64,000 nucleotides of DNA, taken from NCBI GenBank assembly GCA_903845065.1, contig CAIMWH010000063.1:40003-104002 (forward strand), in the 5' to 3' direction. Source of the DNA: an uncultured Rhodospirillales bacterium (lineage in GTDB: Bacteria; Pseudomonadota; Alphaproteobacteria; Acetobacterales; Acetobacteraceae). Under the pieces are notes generated by a model. It saw only the letters and a list, made by a program, of their open reading frames with translations, was not told where the DNA came from and did no database searches. This document shows, piece after piece, positions 56,219-64,000 of the stretch; positions within the stretch are counted from its first letter, which is position 1, and the number at the start of each line of letters is the position of its first letter. The translations under genes and the position numbers were made by a program.

Positions 56219-57181
56219 CTACTCGTTGCGGAGCGGCCGCGCCAGCAAATCCGCGATGGCGCCACGCACATCCCGCGCGCCGCGCATAACAGAGGCCACC
56301 GCTTCGACGATCGGCATCGCCACCCCGGCCGCCCGCGCCCGCGCCGCCAGGGCCGGCGCCGTCGCCACCCCCTCCGTCACCGCGCTCCGCCCGGCCAGCA
56401 CATCGGCCAGCGCGTGCCCATGGCCAAGTTCGAAGCCAAGCGAAAAATTCCGGCTGCTCGTCCCGGTGCAGGTCAGGAGCAAATCGCCCAGCCCCGACAG
56501 CCCCGCCACCGTCTCCGCCCGTCCGCCCAGCGCCAGCGCCAGCCGGCCGATCTCGACGAGCCCCCGCGTCACCAGCGCCGCCCGCGCGTTCTCGCCGAGC
56601 CCGGCCCCCACCACCACCCCGGCCGCGATCGCCACCACGTTCTTCGCCGCCCCGCCCACCTGGGCGCCGATCGGATCGTCATTGCCGTAGAGCCGAAACG
56701 CCGGCGTCGCCAATGCCGCGATCACCCCGGCCCGCACCTCCTCGCGCGCACTCGCCACCACCGCCGCCGCAGGCATCCCGCGCGCCACTTCATGGGCGAA
56801 GTTCGGCCCGCTCAGCACCGCCGCCGCGCGCCCCGGCAGCACCTCCGCCAGCACCTCCAGCGGCAACAACAGCGTCCCCGTCTCCACCCCCTTGGCGCAC
56901 GCCACCAGCGGCCCATCGCCCGGCAACCCGCTGACCACCGCGCGCATATGCTGCAACGGCACCGCCAGCAGCGTTATCGCCGCCGCCGGCAACACCCCTG
57001 TCACCGTCACCCCGTCCGGCAGCGTCACCCCCGGCAGCCGTGGCGCAACCCGCCCAGCCTGCATCTCCGCCGCCCGCGCCGGATCGCGCGCCCACAGCAC
57101 CACCGACCGCCCGGCCCGCGCCGCCTGCACCGCCAGCGCGCAGCCCCACGCCCCGGCGCCGATCACCGCGACCTCACTCAT
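56219..57181 (-). CDS. gpsA: NAD(P)H-dependent glycerol-3-phosphate dehydrogenase
   Basis: ATG 57181 (MSEVAVIGAGAWGCALA...). Motifs: GPNFAHEV, GGAKNVVAIAAG and the LLLTCTGTSSRNFSLG context. Confidence 0.9.
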   Translation of the reverse strand: MSEVAVIGAGAWGCALAVQAARAGRSVVLWARDPARAAEMQAGRVAPRLPGVTLPDGVTVTGVLPAAAITLLAVPLQHMRAVVSGLPGDGPLVACAKGVETGTLLLPLEVLAEVLPGRAAAVLSGPNFAHEVARGMPAAAVVASAREEVRAGVIAALATPAFRLYGNDDPIGAQVGGAAKNVVAIAAGVVVGAGLGENARAALVTRGLVEIGRLALALGGRAETVAGLSGLGDLLLTCTGTSSRNFSLGFELGHGHALADVLAGRSAVTEGVATAPALAARARAAGVAMPIVEAVASVMRGARDVRGAIADLLARPLRNE

Positions 57182-58007
57182 CGGCCAACCGCAGCACCGC
57201 CGTGCCCTCGCCCCGCTCGCCGTCCCCCAAGCCATCCAGCAGCACCGGCAGCATCTCCGCCATCGCCGCCTCGAAGCCGAACGGCGGGTTCACCAGCAGC
57301 ATCCCGCACCCATTCAACCGGCTGGCATCGAGCGGTTCGCGCAGGAATATCTCGGCGGCCACTACGTCGCGCACCCCAGCCGCCCGCAGCGCGTCGTGCA
57401 ACCCACGCACCGCCGCCCGCGCCTTGATCGGATACCAGGCCGCCAGCACACCGCCGGGAAACCGCCGATGTGCCGCCACCAGCGCGGCGGCCACCCGATC
57501 AAACTCGTCCACCGCCTCATACGGCGGATCGATCAGCACCAACCCCCGCCGCTCCGGGAACGGCAGCAACGCCCCCATCGCCTCCCACGCATCGCGCTGA
57601 TGCACCGCCACCTGCGGATCGCCGCGAAACGCCCGCTTCAGCGCCATTGCGTCCTCGGGATGCAACTCGCAGCACACCAGCCGATCCCCCGGCCGCAGCA
57701 ATGCCCGCACGATCGCCGGGGAGCCCGGATACAGCCCCAGCCGCTCCACCACCCCGAGATAATCCGCCAGTTCCGGCGCCGCCCCCCCGCGCAGCCGCCC
57801 GATCCCCGCCCGCCACTCACCCGTCCGCTCCGCTGGCCCCGCCGACAAATCGTAGCGCCCGATCCCGGCATGGCTATCCAGCACCGCGAACGCCTTGTCC
57901 TTGCGCGCCAATGCCCGCAGCAGCCACACCAGGACCGCATGCTTCATGCAGTCGGCGAAATTCCCGGCGTGGAAGGCGTGGCGATAATTCACAGCATCAA
58001 TACTCAC
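57174..58007 (-). CDS. rlmJ: 23S rRNA (adenine2030-N6)-methyltransferase
   Basis: NYRHAFHAGNFADCMKH, LDSHAGIGRY, YPGSP, LIDPPYE, NPPF; collinear with E. coli RlmJ. The start is GTG at 58007, or alternatively GTG at 57992. Confidence 0.85.
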   Translation of the reverse strand: MSIDAVNYRHAFHAGNFADCMKHAVLVWLLRALARKDKAFAVLDSHAGIGRYDLSAGPAERTGEWRAGIGRLRGGAAPELADYLGVVERLGLYPGSPAIVRALLRPGDRLVCCELHPEDAMALKRAFRGDPQVAVHQRDAWEAMGALLPFPERRGLVLIDPPYEAVDEFDRVAAALVAAHRRFPGGVLAAWYPIKARAAVRGLHDALRAAGVRDVVAAEIFLREPLDASRLNGCGMLLVNPPFGFEAAMAEMLPVLLDGLGDGERGEGTAVLRLADE

Positions 58008-58061
58008 ATAAGAGAGCGGCCCAGCCCCCAGAAATAGCCCTTTTCCCCGCCGTGGCCAGCA

Positions 58062-59090
58062 CTACCCCACCCGCATCTCCACCCCATCCAGCGGCCAGCG
58101 CGGCCGCGGCGCCTGGTCCAGCCGATCCGATACCCCGGCCCGCAGCCGTTCCAGCGCCGCCCATGCCACCATCACCGCGTTATCCCCGCACAACCGCAGC
58201 GGCGGCGCGACGAACGCCACTCCCGCCTTGTCCGCCACCGCCTGCAACGCCGCCCGGATGGCCCCATTCGCCGCCACGCCGCCCGCGACCACCAGCGCGC
58301 CCGCCTCGGGTAGCATCGCCATCGCATGCCGCGCCCGATCCGCCAGCACGGCCGCCACCGCCGCCTGGAACCCCGCCGCGATATCCGTCGCGTCCTGCCC
58401 CGGCAGTGGCCCGGCCGGATACCCCGCCACCACCTGCGCCACCGCCGTCTTCAACCCCGAGAACGAAAAATCGCACCCCGACCGCCCCAGCAACGGCCGC
58501 GGCAGCGTGAACCGCGCCGCATCGCCGCCCATCGCCAACGCCTCCAGCGCCGGCCCGCCCGGCCAGCCCAGCCCGAGCAGCTTGGCCGTCTTGTCGAACG
58601 CCTCCCCCACCGCGTCATCGATGGTGCCACCCAGGCGCCGATATCGCCCCAACCCCTCCACCGCCACGCACTGGCAGTGCCCGCCCGACAGCAGCAGCAG
58701 CAGATACGGAAACCCGACCTTGTGGGTCAGCCGTGCCGTCAACGCATGGGCTTCGAGGTGATTGATGCCGAGGAACGGAATCCCCCGCGCCATCGCCACC
58801 CCCTTGGCGAACCCGGAGCCCACGATCAGCCCGCCGATCAACCCCGGCCCACTGCTCGCCGCCACCGCCGCCAGCCCATCGAACCCAATCCCCGCCTCGG
58901 CCATCACCGCGGCCACCATCCCCGGCAGATGCGCCAGGTGCGCTCGCGCCGCGATCTCCGGCACCACGCCGCCGAACCGCGCATGATCGCCCTGGCTCAG
59001 CACCGCCTCGGCCAGAACGGTGCCATCCGGCGCCATCACCGCCGCCGCCGTCTCGTCGCATGAGCTTTCGATAGCGAGTATGGGCTGCAT
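58062..59090 (-). CDS. tsaD: tRNA N6-adenosine threonylcarbamoyltransferase
   Basis: ATG 59090 (MQPILAIESSCDETAAAV...). Motifs: INHLEAH, LLLSGGH, GEAFDK. Confidence 0.95.
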   Translation of the reverse strand: MQPILAIESSCDETAAAVMAPDGTVLAEAVLSQGDHARFGGVVPEIAARAHLAHLPGMVAAVMAEAGIGFDGLAAVAASSGPGLIGGLIVGSGFAKGVAMARGIPFLGINHLEAHALTARLTHKVGFPYLLLLLSGGHCQCVAVEGLGRYRRLGGTIDDAVGEAFDKTAKLLGLGWPGGPALEALAMGGDAARFTLPRPLLGRSGCDFSFSGLKTAVAQVVAGYPAGPLPGQDATDIAAGFQAAVAAVLADRARHAMAMLPEAGALVVAGGVAANGAIRAALQAVADKAGVAFVAPPLRLCGDNAVMVAWAALERLRAGVSDRLDQAPRPRWPLDGVEMRVG

Positions 59091-59206
59091 GACATCTTTT
59101 CTTTGCATGCCCGGAGTTCTAGGACAGACCCATGCACAAAGCCCATCCCACGCCCGCGCATGCCGCTCCCGCAACCGGGCCGTCCGCCGGCAATGTTCGC
59201 CCCCAT

Positions 59207-60163
59207 ATGCGATCGATGCCGTTGCGCGTCGGCACCCGTGGCTCGCCCCTGGCGCTGTGGCAAACCCGGCATTTCCTGTCGCTGCTCACCACTTTCTGCC
59301 CGGTGCTGCGCAGCATGGAGGTGTTCGAGGAACACGTGATCCGCACCACCGGGGATGCCACCCAGGCCGCCGGCACCCGGCTGGCCGATATCGGCGGCAA
59401 AGGCCTGTTCGCCAAGGAAATCCACGAGGCCCTGCTCGACCGCCGAATTGATTTCGCGGTCCACTCCCTGAAGGACCTCGAAACCCAGATGCCCCCCGGC
59501 ATCGTGCTCGCCTGCACCCTCAAACGCGAGGACGCGCGGGACGCCCTGATCCTCGGGCCGGACTGCGCCAAGCCGGACCCGGCGCACCCCTACGCCGCCC
59601 TGCCCCCCGGCGCCGTGATCGGCACCAGCTCCGTGCGCCGCCAGGCCCAACTGCTGCACGCCCGGCCGGACCTGCAGATCACCGTGTTCCGCGGCAACGT
59701 GCAATCCCGCCTCGGCCGCGTCCGCGCCGGCGATGTCGGCGCCTCGCTGCTCGCCTATGCCGGCCTCAAGCGCCTCGGCATCGGCCATGAGGCGGATGTG
59801 CTGATCGATCCCGAAATCATGTTGCCCGCCGCCTGCCAGGGCATCGTCGGCATCACCGTGCGCGCCGATGACACCGAGCTGCTCGAACTCCTCGCCGCCA
59901 TCGAAGACCCCGCCGCCAAGGCCGTCGCCGCCGCCGAACGCTCCCTGCTCGACATGCTGGACGGCTCCTGCCGCACCCCCATCGGCGGTTACGCCCGCCT
60001 CGATGATGACGGCACGCTCCACCTCACCGGCCTCGTCGCACGCGCAGACGGCAGCTACATCCTGCGCCGCAGCCTCAGCGGCCCGGCCACCGACGCCGTG
60101 CGCATCGGCATCACCCTCGGCGAGCAGCTCCGCGCCGATGCCCCGCGCGACATCTTCGCGTAA
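59207..60163 (+). CDS. hemC: hydroxymethylbilane synthase (porphobilinogen deaminase)
   Basis: ATG 59207 (an alternative lies at 59216). Motifs: LRVGTRGSPLALWQ, GGKGLFAKEI, DFAVHSLKD, GNVQSRL and the CRTPIGG cofactor Cys. Confidence 0.9.
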   Translation: MRSMPLRVGTRGSPLALWQTRHFLSLLTTFCPVLRSMEVFEEHVIRTTGDATQAAGTRLADIGGKGLFAKEIHEALLDRRIDFAVHSLKDLETQMPPGIVLACTLKREDARDALILGPDCAKPDPAHPYAALPPGAVIGTSSVRRQAQLLHARPDLQITVFRGNVQSRLGRVRAGDVGASLLAYAGLKRLGIGHEADVLIDPEIMLPAACQGIVGITVRADDTELLELLAAIEDPAAKAVAAAERSLLDMLDGSCRTPIGGYARLDDDGTLHLTGLVARADGSYILRRSLSGPATDAVRIGITLGEQLRADAPRDIFA

Positions 60164-60211
60164 ATTCCGCCGGGGAGGGGCCGAGGGACAGCCACGTCCG
60201 GTTCCCTCCCG

Positions 60212-60889
60212 ATGACCACCATTCTCGTCACCCGCCCCGAACCCGGCGCCACCGCCACCGCGCGCCGCCTGATGGAGCGCGGCCACACCGCCATCGTGGC
60301 CCCCCTCCTCACCATCGCCCCGCGCACCACCACCCTCCCCGCTGCCCAGGCCATCCTGGTCACCAGCGCCAACGGCCTCCCCGCCGTCCTGCCGAACCTG
60401 CCGGTGTTCGCGGTGGGGGACGCCACCGCCGCCGCCGCCCGCGCCCGTGGCGCCTCAAATGTCACCAGTGCCGGGCGTGACGCCGCCGCGCTCGCCGAAC
60501 TCGTGCGCGCCACCTGCTCGCCCCAGGCCGGCCCGCTTCTCCTCCTCAGCGGCGCCCGCCAGGGACTCCCCCTCGCCGCCACCCTGCGCGCCGCCGGCTT
60601 CCGCGTCCTGCGCCGGGTCACCTACGCCGTCGTTCCCGCCACCACGCTTCCGCCCGCCGCAATAAACCTGCTACAAAACGGTTCCGGTGCGGCCCTGTTT
60701 TTCTCCCCCGAGACCGCCCATATCTTCGTGCGCCTGATGAAAACCCTCCGCCCCCCCGCCAGCGTCACCCGGCTCGACGCCCTGGCGATCTCCGCCGCCA
60801 CCGCGGCCGCACTTGCCCCCTTGCCCTGGGCGCACATCCGTGTTGCATCCCACCCGAACCAGGACGCGCTGCTCGCGCTGCTGACATGA
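60212..60889 (+). CDS. hemD: uroporphyrinogen-III synthase
   Basis: 225 aa. It opens ILVTRPEP, has weak family similarity, and sits directly after hemC. Confidence 0.75.
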   Translation: MTTILVTRPEPGATATARRLMERGHTAIVAPLLTIAPRTTTLPAAQAILVTSANGLPAVLPNLPVFAVGDATAAAARARGASNVTSAGRDAAALAELVRATCSPQAGPLLLLSGARQGLPLAATLRAAGFRVLRRVTYAVVPATTLPPAAINLLQNGSGAALFFSPETAHIFVRLMKTLRPPASVTRLDALAISAATAAALAPLPWAHIRVASHPNQDALLALLT

Positions 60890-61761
60890 CCGATCCCGAA
60901 GCCCATCCCGCCGCCCCCATCCCCGAGACCACGCCCGCCGAAGCCGCGCCACCCGCGCCGCCGCCCAAGCCCGCACCCACCCATTCGCCCCGCAGCGCAC
61001 TGGCCGTCTTCACCGGCCTCGGCTTCCTCTGCCTGGCGGCCGGGGTGTTCTACCTGTGGAGCCAGGTGAGCCAACTCGAAGCCATCGACCCCGCCCGCAT
61101 CGCCAGCCTCGACAGCCAGACCCGAGACCTGCGCCAGCGCCTCGCCAACTTCGACCAGCGCCTGGCCGCCCTCGAGCAGCGCCCAGCCGGCACCGCCGAC
61201 CTGCGGCCGCTCGAATCCCGCCTCGCCGCCATCGAGCAGCGCCCCGCGCCCGCCGCACCCGCGCCCGTGATCGCCGACCTCGGCCCCCTCGAAGCCCGCC
61301 TCGCCGCCGCCGAGCGTATCGCCCGCATCCAGGCCGCCACCATCGCGCTCGATGCCGGCCTCCCCCTCGGCGCCATCGCCAACGCCCCGCCGCCGGTCGC
61401 CCGCTTCGCCACCGCCGCCCCGCCCACGCTGGCCACGCTGCGCGCCCGCTACCCGGAGGTCGCCCGCCTCGCCCGCGCCGCCAGCCAGCCCGCCACCGCC
61501 ACCACCTGGAACGCGCGCCTGCTGCAAGGCCTCGCCGGCCTGTTCACCATCCGCCACGGCAATGAGGTGCTGATCGGCGCCCCCGCCTCCTTCGTGCTGG
61601 CCGCCGCCCAGGAACGGCTTGACGCCGGGGACCTCGCCGGCGCCGTCACCGCGCTTGACGCACTCGATCCCGCCGCCGCCACCGCCGCCGCAAGCTGGAA
61701 GGCCGACGCCGCCGCACTCCTCGCCGCCCGCGCCGCCCTGGCCGCCATGGCGCACCCCTGA
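60886..61761 (+). CDS. membrane-anchored coiled-coil protein with mitofilin-like C-terminus (alphaproteobacterial Mic60 homologue candidate)
   Basis: The start overlaps the hemD stop as ATGA. The N-terminus is Pro/Ala-rich, followed by one TM (ALAVFTGLGFLCLAAGVFYLW). An RLAA(L/I/A)E repeat region comes next. The C-terminal block is LLQGLAGLFTIRHG...AAAQERLDAGDLAGAVTALDAL...ASWKADAAALLAARAAL. Confidence 0.6.
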   Translation: MTDPEAHPAAPIPETTPAEAAPPAPPPKPAPTHSPRSALAVFTGLGFLCLAAGVFYLWSQVSQLEAIDPARIASLDSQTRDLRQRLANFDQRLAALEQRPAGTADLRPLESRLAAIEQRPAPAAPAPVIADLGPLEARLAAAERIARIQAATIALDAGLPLGAIANAPPPVARFATAAPPTLATLRARYPEVARLARAASQPATATTWNARLLQGLAGLFTIRHGNEVLIGAPASFVLAAAQERLDAGDLAGAVTALDALDPAAATAAASWKADAAALLAARAALAAMAHP

Positions 61762-63017
61762 TGCGCCGCGTCCTCTTCCTCCTCGCCAGCGGCGCCCTCG
61801 CGGTCGGCCTCGCCTGGTGGCTCGCCGCCATGCCGGGCGAAGTGACGCTCGATGTCGCCGGCCTCGTGATCGAAACCCGCAGCGGCCTCGCTCTCCTCGG
61901 CGGCATTGTGCTGCTGTTGCTGCTCCTGCTCGCCCTGCGCCTGCTGCTCGCGGTGGTGAACATCCCCGCCACCTTCCGCGCATGGCGCGCCCGCCGCCGC
62001 CGCACCCACGGGGACGCCGCCGTCGCGGACGCCCTCACCGCACTCGCCGCCAATGACGCGGCCGCCGCCCGCAAAGCCGCCACCCGCGCCCGCACCCTGC
62101 TCGGCGACTCCGCCCAAACCCTGCTCCTCACCGCCGAAGCCAACCGCCTCGCCGGGCGTGACGCCGATGCCGCCGCCGTCTACCGCCAAATGGAAGCCCG
62201 TCCCGAGAGCGCCTTCCTCGGCTTGCGCGGCCTGTTCCGCCAGGCCCTCGCCCGCGAGGACTGGGACGATGCCGCCCGTATCGCCAAGCGCGCCGACGCC
62301 GTTCGCCCGGGCGCCTTCTGGTTGCGCGAGGAACGCATCGCACTCGCCGTGCGCATCGGGGACTGGTCGGAAGCCAGCCGCCTCGCCCCCGCCACGGCGC
62401 CCCGCCTCGCCTTCGCCACCGCCGCGGCCGCAGCCACCGTCGACCCCGATCGCGCCCTCAGCCTCGCCAAGCGCGCCTGGAAGGAGGACCGCGGCTTCAC
62501 CCCCGCCGCCCTCGCCTATGCCACCCGCCTGCGCAAGGCCGGCCGCGAGGCAAAGGCGCAGTCGGTGCTGGCCGAAGCCTGGAAGGAATCCCCTCACCCC
62601 GCTTTGGCCGACCTCGCGCTCGCCCCCGTCACCGAGCCTTTGGCCCGCATCGCCGCCGCCACCCGCTTCAGTGCCGGCGCGGCACAGCACGCCGAAACCC
62701 ACTTCCTCCTCGCCCGCCTCACCCTCGCCGCCAACCTGCCCGGCGAGGCCCGCCGCCACCTCTTGGCCGCCCGCACCGCCGGCATGAAGCAGAAGCGCCT
62801 GTTCCTCCTGCTCGCCGAACTCGAAGCCGCCGAGCCGGACCCCACCGCCCAGCGTGACGCGCTCCGCGCCGCCGCCAGCGCCGAGCCCGATCCCGCCTGG
62901 CACTGCGCCACCTGCGGCGCGGTCCACCCGACGTGGCACCCCGCCTGCCCCACCTGCGCCACCCCCGCCACCCTGCGCTGGGGCGGGCAACCCCGACTGG
63001 CCCTCACCGCCCAATGA
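61761..63017 (+). CDS. HemY-like (HemY_N/TPR) membrane protein with C-terminal zinc ribbon
   Basis: The start shares one base with the previous stop (TGATG). It has two N-terminal TM helices, a helical-repeat body, and a C-terminal CATCG-x10-CPTC. Confidence 0.8.
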   Translation: MRRVLFLLASGALAVGLAWWLAAMPGEVTLDVAGLVIETRSGLALLGGIVLLLLLLLALRLLLAVVNIPATFRAWRARRRRTHGDAAVADALTALAANDAAAARKAATRARTLLGDSAQTLLLTAEANRLAGRDADAAAVYRQMEARPESAFLGLRGLFRQALAREDWDDAARIAKRADAVRPGAFWLREERIALAVRIGDWSEASRLAPATAPRLAFATAAAAATVDPDRALSLAKRAWKEDRGFTPAALAYATRLRKAGREAKAQSVLAEAWKESPHPALADLALAPVTEPLARIAAATRFSAGAAQHAETHFLLARLTLAANLPGEARRHLLAARTAGMKQKRLFLLLAELEAAEPDPTAQRDALRAAASAEPDPAWHCATCGAVHPTWHPACPTCATPATLRWGGQPRLALTAQ

Positions 63018-63721
63018 GCCGCGCCGACCGCTCCGCCGAGGCGTGGGACGACCGGGACGCCGAGGACGCCGAATTCACCGATTGCGACTTCAACAGCGTC
63101 GTCTTCGCCGGCACCCGCTTGACCGGCGCCACCTTCACCAACTGCCGCTTCACCGCCTGCCGCTTCACTCACGCCGTGCTGGAGGGCACCCGCTTCGAGC
63201 GCTGCCATTTCGGCACCGCGCAGGACAGCGCCGTGCGCTTCGCCTTTTGCGAAGCCGGCCGCGCCGTATTCGCCGCCTGCGAATTGTCCTTCGCCGCCTT
63301 CGAGCGTTCCGGCCTCTATGATGTGTCCTTCGCCGCCTGCAACCTGCGCGGCGCCCGCTTCTCCGGCGTGGATTTCAGCCGCGCCCTCGGCCGCCGCAAC
63401 GTGGTGACGCGCGCCAGCTTCGCCGGCAGCAATATCGGCCTTGCTGACCTCTCCCGCATCGAACTCCCCGGCGCCATCCTCTCCAACGTGCGCGCCCGCG
63501 AGGCCGACCTCAGCGGCGCCGACCTCACCGGCGCGGACCTGCGGGACGCCGACCTCGGCTTCGCCACCCTGGACGGCGCCCGCATGGCCCGCGCGGATGT
63601 GCGCGGCGCAGAACTCGCGGGGCTCGATATCCGGCGGCTGGCCAGCATGGAGGGGATGATCCTCCAGCCGGCCCAACTGCCCGATCTCGCCGCCGCGATG
63701 GGGCTCGACCTGCGCGCCTAG
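63014..63721 (+). CDS. pentapeptide repeat protein
   Basis: ATG 63014 overlaps the previous stop as ATGA. It contains long runs of the A(D/N)LxG-type pentapeptide pattern (ADLSGADLTGADLRDADLGFATLDGARMARADVRGAELAG). Confidence 0.85.
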   Translation: MSRADRSAEAWDDRDAEDAEFTDCDFNSVVFAGTRLTGATFTNCRFTACRFTHAVLEGTRFERCHFGTAQDSAVRFAFCEAGRAVFAACELSFAAFERSGLYDVSFAACNLRGARFSGVDFSRALGRRNVVTRASFAGSNIGLADLSRIELPGAILSNVRAREADLSGADLTGADLRDADLGFATLDGARMARADVRGAELAGLDIRRLASMEGMILQPAQLPDLAAAMGLDLRA

Positions 63722-63779
63722 AGCATGATCGCCGCAAGTGGAATCACATGAAGGCGTGAATCATGCGACAAAACAAAGA

Positions 63780-63825
63780 TCTAGAGCGCGCTGACCTCCT
63801 TCGGTCAGCCTGAAAGCGCTCTAGA
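63780..63825. repeat. nested palindromic intergenic element built around CTAGAGCGC motifs
   Basis: The outer 10-bp stem tctagagcgc (63780-63789) pairs with gcgctctaga (63816-63825). The inner hairpin is gctgacc/ggtcagc (63790-63796 / 63803-63809). A third ctagagc occurs at 63718-63724. The flanking tcatgcgacaaaacaaagatctagagcgcg resembles a repeat I recall from other alphaproteobacterial intergenic regions. Confidence 0.55.
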
Positions 63826-64000
63826 CTGGCACCTGCTTGAAGCCGGGCAGATCCGGCGGCGGATAGTACGGCCGGTCCCCGAGCGACTTCACCCGCTGCC
63901 AAAACGCCGCCCCGCCCGCATTGCCGATCGCATCCAGATCGGCCGCCTGCCGCCAGATGTTCCAGCTCTCCGGATGCAGCCGCGCGGCCTCGGCCAGGTG
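63821..64000 (-). CDS. C-terminal end of an unidentified protein (5' part outside the window)
   Basis: The minus-strand frame is open from the window edge to TAG at 63823-63821: ...HLAEAARLHPESWNIWRQAADLDAIGNAGGAAFWQRVKSLGDRPYYPPPDLPGFKQVPV*. Coding-like GC3 bias was judged by eye. No family was assigned. Confidence 0.45.
   Translation of the reverse strand, partial: HLAEAARLHPESWNIWRQAADLDAIGNAGGAAFWQRVKSLGDRPYYPPPDLPGFKQVPV

Noticed and set aside
60622-61983. 453-aa minus-strand G/R/A-rich ORF
   Set aside because: It is antisense to hemD and the mic60-like gene, is a glycine/arginine low-complexity shadow, and has no start context.

Overview
Gene-dense, very GC-rich chromosomal segment with alphaproteobacterial character: hemC-hemD-mic60-like-hemY-like synteny, glnK-amtB, murJ, gpsA, rlmJ, tsaD, hldE and a PEP-CTERM protein. 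I support 63 CDS plus one frameshifted gene (two CDS are cut by the window edges). There is also one 17 x 33-bp in-frame tandem repeat, a few terminator and regulatory candidates, and two palindromic intergenic elements. I saw no rRNA, tRNA, CRISPR array, transposase, integrase or phage genes. Many long ORFs in the track are antisense shadows of real genes, which is typical at this GC content, and I discarded them. The track also counts GTG/TTG as starts, so several starts were re-chosen by hand. Functional blocks, left to right: ubiX and an aminotransferase; a methyltransferase-GT2-ArnE-like module; a five-gene peptide ABC importer; hldE; a PPP phosphoesterase divergent from two tandem degenerate EAL-like paralogues, followed by an ABC-2 exporter and a histidine phosphatase; housekeeping genes; a sugar ABC importer; an AT-rich island with a PEP-CTERM protein and a small accessory operon containing a frameshifted SDR; a carnitine/choline -> glycine betaine -> dimethylglycine cluster (mttB-like, lcdH fusion, BKACE, DMGDH, betA); hslO; a cyclic-nucleotide neighbourhood (Crp/Fnr regulator, DegP, secreted repeat protein, membrane cNMP-binding protein, class III cyclase); glnK-amtB; murJ, gpsA, rlmJ, tsaD; and the hem cluster. 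The best candidates for something undescribed are: (1) the secreted 17 x AGASGSEAPKL protein, whose repeat DNA differs only at synonymous sites and which has a CRP-like operator in its promoter; (2) the translationally coupled pair of degenerate EAL-like proteins; (3) the tri-domain carnitine dehydrogenase-thioesterase-esterase fusion next to an orphan non-pyrrolysine MttB homologue. All functional calls rest on motif recognition by eye. No database search was run.
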